64,000 bases of DNA from assembly GCA_030390025.1 (NCBI GenBank), contig CM059433.1, positions 18,044,001 through 18,108,000 on the forward strand, in the 5' to 3' direction. The position numbers and the translations under genes were made by a program. This stretch comes from Squalus acanthias. Its lineage: Eukaryota. Shown here in pieces: positions 59,620 to 64,000 of this stretch; the first letter of the stretch is position 1, and each line of letters opens with the position of its first letter. The notes beneath the pieces were generated by a model. That model made no database searches, had not been told where the DNA came from, and saw nothing but the letters and a program-made list of their open reading frames with translations.

Positions 59620-60172
59620 AATTTTTGAAGAAGTGGCCGATTGCATAGATAAAAGGAATAGATTATCTGTATTTGGACTTTCAAACGGTGTTTTATCTCA
59701 AATGTGAGGGCTTGTCTCAAGGGGGCTGCAATACAAAGTGGTGGAAGTTATGTTACAGCTGTATAAAGCTCTGGTTAGACCCCATCTGGAGTACTTTGTT
59801 CAGGTCTGAGCACCGCACCTCAGGAAGGATATATTGGCCTTGGAAAGGGTGCATGGCAGATTCACCAGAACAATACCGGGGCTAAAAGGGTTTATAATAT
59901 TGCTTTGAGTATAGAAGATTAAGGGGTGAGCTAATTGAGGTGTTTAATATGATTAAAGGATATGATTGGGTAGATAGAGAGAAACTATTTCCTCTGGTGG
60001 GGGAGTCCAGAACAAGGGGGCATAACCTTAAAATTAGAGCTAGGCCGTTCGGGGTGATGTCAGGAAGCACTTCTTCACACAAAGGGTAGTGGAAATCTGG
60101 AACTCTCTCCCCCAAAAAGCTGTTGAGTCTGGGTCAATTGAAAATTTCAGAACTGAGATTGATAGATTTTTG
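59620..60172 (+). mobile_element. CR1 3' coding fragment
   Basis: LYKALVRPHLEY and FFTQRVVEIWNSLP remnants. Confidence 0.75.
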
Positions 60173-60177
60173 ACGTG

Positions 60178-60501
60178 CACAGCAGGCCTACAATGAGAGC
60201 CACGCTGCCACAAGGAACATTATAGAGCACACCATCGGTGTCCTCAAGCAATGCTTCCACTGCCTGGACCACACTGGAGGACCCCTGCAGTACTCAGCTG
60301 AGCGGGTATCAAGATCTGTGGAAGTATGTGTATGCTGCACAACCTGGACATTGTGAGGGACCAGCCTTTGTCACCACCTATCAGGAGGAGAAGGAGGAGG
60401 AGGAAATGGAGGAACAGGAACAGGAAGGCAGGCTGCAACGTAGACAGTCCCTTTCTGCCCGGGCTCTACATGATCAGATTATTCATGAGCGATACCAGTA
60501 A
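60178..60501 (+). pseudogene. Degraded Harbinger transposase C-terminal fragment
   Basis: QQAYNESHAATRNIIEHTIGVLKQCFHCLDHTGGPLQYSAERVS...MLHNL...EEEE, collinear with the end of the 44838-45998 protein; frameshifted. Confidence 0.88.
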
Positions 60502-60591
60502 CCTCAACCCCACCTCTCCATTCACCAACAGTCGCACACTCCTTACCTTTCCACTATCACTGACCATCACATCATCCCTTTAACTCCCTAT

Positions 60592-60714
60592 GGGGGTAAA
60601 ATTGGGTCTCACCCATTTTGGGGCGCTAATATCGACCGAGCGCAAAGTTTAGCACCCGGCGCTAATTATCACCTCCAACTGCAAAATTTGCCTCTATCGC
60701 CCCTGGAGGTTATT
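60592..60714. mobile_element. Truncated end of a related Harbinger MITE, cut by a CR1 insertion
   Basis: GGGGGTAAAATTGGG...GGCGCTAATATCG...GGCGCTAATTATC resembles 60725-60850; it stops where the CR1 tail (tagagtca)n begins. Confidence 0.8.
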
Positions 60715-60724
60715 TAGAGTCATA

Positions 60725-61617
60725 GGGGGAGAAATTCAGTATCGCCCCATTTGGGGCGCAATTATCGGCCAGGCGCAAAGATTAGCGCCTGGCGCTAATT
60801 ATCGCCTCCGACGGCAAACTTGATTTTTATCGCCCCTGGAGGTGATTGGAGCGCTAAATCAGGCGCTTCACACCTGTCTTAAGGCGCAAAGGCCGAGGAG
60901 CGAGGCGCTACCTCAGAGGGCTGGCGAAGCTCATGTGATGTCAGTCAGCAATGGAACACACACACAATGGTGCCGGCCAGTTCTTAAAGGGGAGGGTTGA
61001 ACTTGCTTTCCATCTACATCCTGCTCATTGCAGCCTTGAATCTCGGCCTGGAGAGACCTGTACATCAAATCTGCTGGAAAGAACAATGGAGAGTCCCAGG
61101 GAAAGAGCTCAGAGTGCAGTCCCCACAGTCTCTTCTAAATCGATACAAGGAAGGGCAAATCAAAATGAACCTGCAAAGTGCTGCTCAGTACCCAAAACTC
61201 CTTCACACAGCGTTGAATCTCTCCAGAAGTCTCTCTCTCTCTCTCTCAGAATGCGTGGTTCAAAAATGTCACCAACAATAAAAGGCAGGAAGCGGTCGCC
61301 TTTAAATAGCGCTCCTCCAGTCCCTTCCTGACTGCAAAATGCTCCCCTCAACCTGTCGTTGCTAGCGGCAGGCGGTAAGGCAGGGGGCGCCACTCAATAT
61401 CCGTTCCGGGGCGCTACCGGGGCGTTGCGCACTCGACTGATGTCACGATCTACCAGCGCAGGAGATCGTGGCGGTAATGTTTAGCGCCACCGCAAAATGT
61501 CTAGTTAATTTCGCGAGCGGCGCAAACATTGCCGCGCCTGGGTGCTAGTTGCTTTGCGCCCCATTAGCACCCTCTTAAGGCGCTAACGGGAGGCGCAACC
61601 AACTGAATTTTTCCCCC
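60725..61617 (-). mobile_element. Non-autonomous deletion derivative of the 44324-48647 Harbinger family
   Basis: TIRs GGGGGAGAAATT and AATTTTTCCCCC, ATA duplication; both ends align by eye over hundreds of bp with the ends of the full-length element; keeps the TATTTAAA, the (GA)n and the Myb start MESPRERAQ at 61086. Confidence 0.92.
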
Positions 61618-63350
61618 ATAGAGTCATAGGGTTATACAGCACAGAAAGAGGCCCTTCGGCCCATTGTGTCCGCGCCGGCCATCAAGCCCTGTCTATTCTA
61701 ATCCCACTTTCCAGCACTTGGTCCGTAGCCTTGTATGCTATGGCATTTCAAGGGCTCATCTAAATGCTTCTTGAATGTTGTGAGGGTTCCTGCCTCTACC
61801 ACCCTTTCAGGCAGTGAGTTCCAGATTCCAACCACCCTCTGGGTGAAAAAGTTTTTCCTCAAATCCCCTCTAAACCTCCTGCCCCTTACCTTGAAACTGT
61901 GCCCCCTGGTTATTGACCCGTCTACTAAGGGGAAAAGTTCCTTTCTATCTACCCTATCTATAACCCTCATAATATTGTACACCTCAATCAGGTCCCCCCT
62001 CAGCCTTCTCTGCTCTAAGGAAAACAACCCCAGCCTGTCCAGTCTCTCTTCATAGCTGAAGTGCTCCAGCCCAGGTAACATCCTGGTGAATCTCCTCTGC
62101 ACCCTCTCCAATGCAATCACATCCTTCCTATAGTGTGGCGACCAGAACTACACACAGTATTCCAGCTGTGGCCTAACTAGTGTTTTGTACAGCTCCATCA
62201 TAACCTCCCTGCTCTTATATTCTATGCCTCGGCTAATGAAGGCAAGTATCCCATATGCCTTTTTAACCACCTTATCTAACTGTCCTGCTGCCTTCAGGGA
62301 TCTATGTACATGCACACCAAGGTCCCTCTGATCCTCTGTCCTTCCTAGGGTCCTTTGCCTTGTTAGTCCTCCCAAAATGCATCACCTCACACTTTTCAGG
62401 GTTAAATTCCATTTGCCACTGTTCTGCCCATCTAACCAACCCTCCTCGCTATTTACCACTCCACCAATTTTCGTGTCATCTGCGAACTTACTGATCATAC
62501 CTCCTACATTCATATCTAAATCATTAATGTACACTACAAACAGCAAAGGACCCAGCACCGATCCCTGCGGTACACCACTGGACACAGGCTTCCAGTCACA
62601 AAAACAACCTTCGAGCATCACCCTCTGCCTCCTGTCACTAAGGCAATTTTGGATCCAATGTGCCAAGTTGCCCTGGATCCCATGGGCTCTTACCTTCTTG
62701 ACCAGTCTCCCATGCGTGACTTTGTCAAAAGCCTTACTGAAGTCCATGTAGACTACATCAACTGCACTACCCTCATCCACACACCAAGTCACCCCCTCGA
62801 AAAATTCAATCAAATTGGTTCGACATGATCTCCCCCTGACAAAGCCATGCTGACTATCCTTGATTAATCCTTGCCTCTCCAAGTGGAGACTAATTCTGTC
62901 CCTCAGAATTTTTTCCAATAATTTCCCTACCACTGATGTTAGGCTCACTGGCCTATAATACCCTGGTTTATCCCTACTACCCTTCTTGAATAATGGTACT
63001 ACGTTACCTGTTCTCCAGTCCTCTGGCACCTCCCCTGTGGCCAGAGAGGTTCTGAAAATTTGTGTCAGAGCCCCTGCAATCTCCTGCCTTGCCTCACACA
63101 GCAGCCTGGGATGCATCTCGTCTGGGCCTGGGGATTTATCCACTTTTAAGCCCGTTAAAACCGCTCGTACCTCCTCCCTTTCAATACTAATTTGTTCAAG
63201 TATATCACAATCCCCCTGCCTGATTTCTATGCCTACATCATCCTTCTCCATAGTGAACACAGATGCAAAATATTCATTTAAAACCTTACCAACATCTTCT
63301 GGCTCTACTCACAGATTGCCACTTTGGTCCCTAATGGGCCCTACTCTTTC

Positions 63351-63482
63351 GATAGCAAAATACTGCAGATGCTGGAAATCCGAAATAACAACAGAAAACG
63401 CTGGAAAAACTCAGCAGGCCAGGCAGCATCCGTGGAGAGAGAAAGAGAGTTGACGTTTCAGGTCGATGACCTTTCATCAGAA
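63351..63482 (-). mobile_element. 132-bp PLE tail insertion (hammerhead plus 3' tail) inside a CR1
   Basis: CCTACTCTTTC duplicated at 63340-63350 and 63483-63493; minus strand begins TT-CTGATGA-A-AGGTC atc GACCT-GAAACGTC-AACT. Confidence 0.88.
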
Positions 63483-64000
63483 CCTACTCTTTCCCTGGTT
63501 ATCCTCTTGCCCTTAATATACTTATAAAACACCTTGGGATTTTCCTTTATTTTGCTCGCCAGTGTTTTTTCACGCCCCCTCTTTGCTCTCCTAATTTCTT
63601 TTTTAAGTACCCCCCTACACTTTCTATACTCCTCTAGGGCTTCCACTGTTTTTAGTCCTTTGTATCTGCCAAAAGCCTCCCTTTTTTTCCTAATCCATTC
63701 TCGTATATCCCTTGACATCCAGGGTTCCCTGGGCTTGTTGGTCCCACCCTTGACTTTTACAGGAACATGTTGGCGTTGTACTCTCTCTATTTCCTTTCTG
63801 AAAGACTCCCACTGCTCTGATGTGGATTTTCCTGCAAGTAGCTGATCCAGTCCACTTTGGCTAGATCCTGCCTTATCATATTAAAATCGGCCTTCCCCCA
63901 ATTTCGAACCTTTATTTCTGGTCCATCTTTGTCCTTTTCTATGACTACCTTAAATCTCACCGAATTATGGTCACTGTCACCAAAATGCTCTCCGACTGAC

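Larger units (their letters stand above)
60715..64000 (-). mobile_element. CR1 LINE running off the window end, with a MITE in its tail and a PLE insert in ORF2
   Basis: RT ORF pieces 61698-62120, 62382-63260 and 63458-63718; tail (tagagtca)n split by 60725-61617. Confidence 0.92.

Noticed and set aside
34100..64000. Exons of the next syntenic gene (CLN8 follows DLGAP2 in mammals)
   Set aside because: No matching coding sequence was recognised; short or non-coding exons cannot be excluded by eye.

Overview
Vertebrate genomic DNA, very likely from a cartilaginous fish (shark), inferred from the repeat content. One host gene is recognisable: the last three coding exons of DLGAP2/SAPAP2 on the + strand (4637-4728, 23838-23990, 28527-28745, ending ...PEAQTRL*), followed by a long AT-rich putative 3' UTR. 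Much of the rest is transposable-element derived: CR1 LINEs (one nearly full length with an esterase ORF1, one young copy with an uninterrupted 642-aa RT ORF), a second LINE family with a partner SINE, L2 pieces, Penelope-like (PLE) fragments carrying minimal hammerhead ribozymes, an internally deleted Gypsy element and a pogo fossil. The most structured system is a PIF/Harbinger set. A full-length 4.3-kb element (44324-48647) has TIRs, a TTA target duplication, an intact DDE transposase ORF and a convergent three-exon Myb/SANT gene broken by one nonsense codon and one homopolymer frameshift. It is accompanied by a direct deletion derivative (60725-61617) and a dozen or more related MITEs sharing TIRs, subterminal motifs, internal hairpins and a target-site preference. 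All calls come from reading the sequence by eye; no database searches were run. The element classes are known, and whether these particular families are described cannot be judged here.
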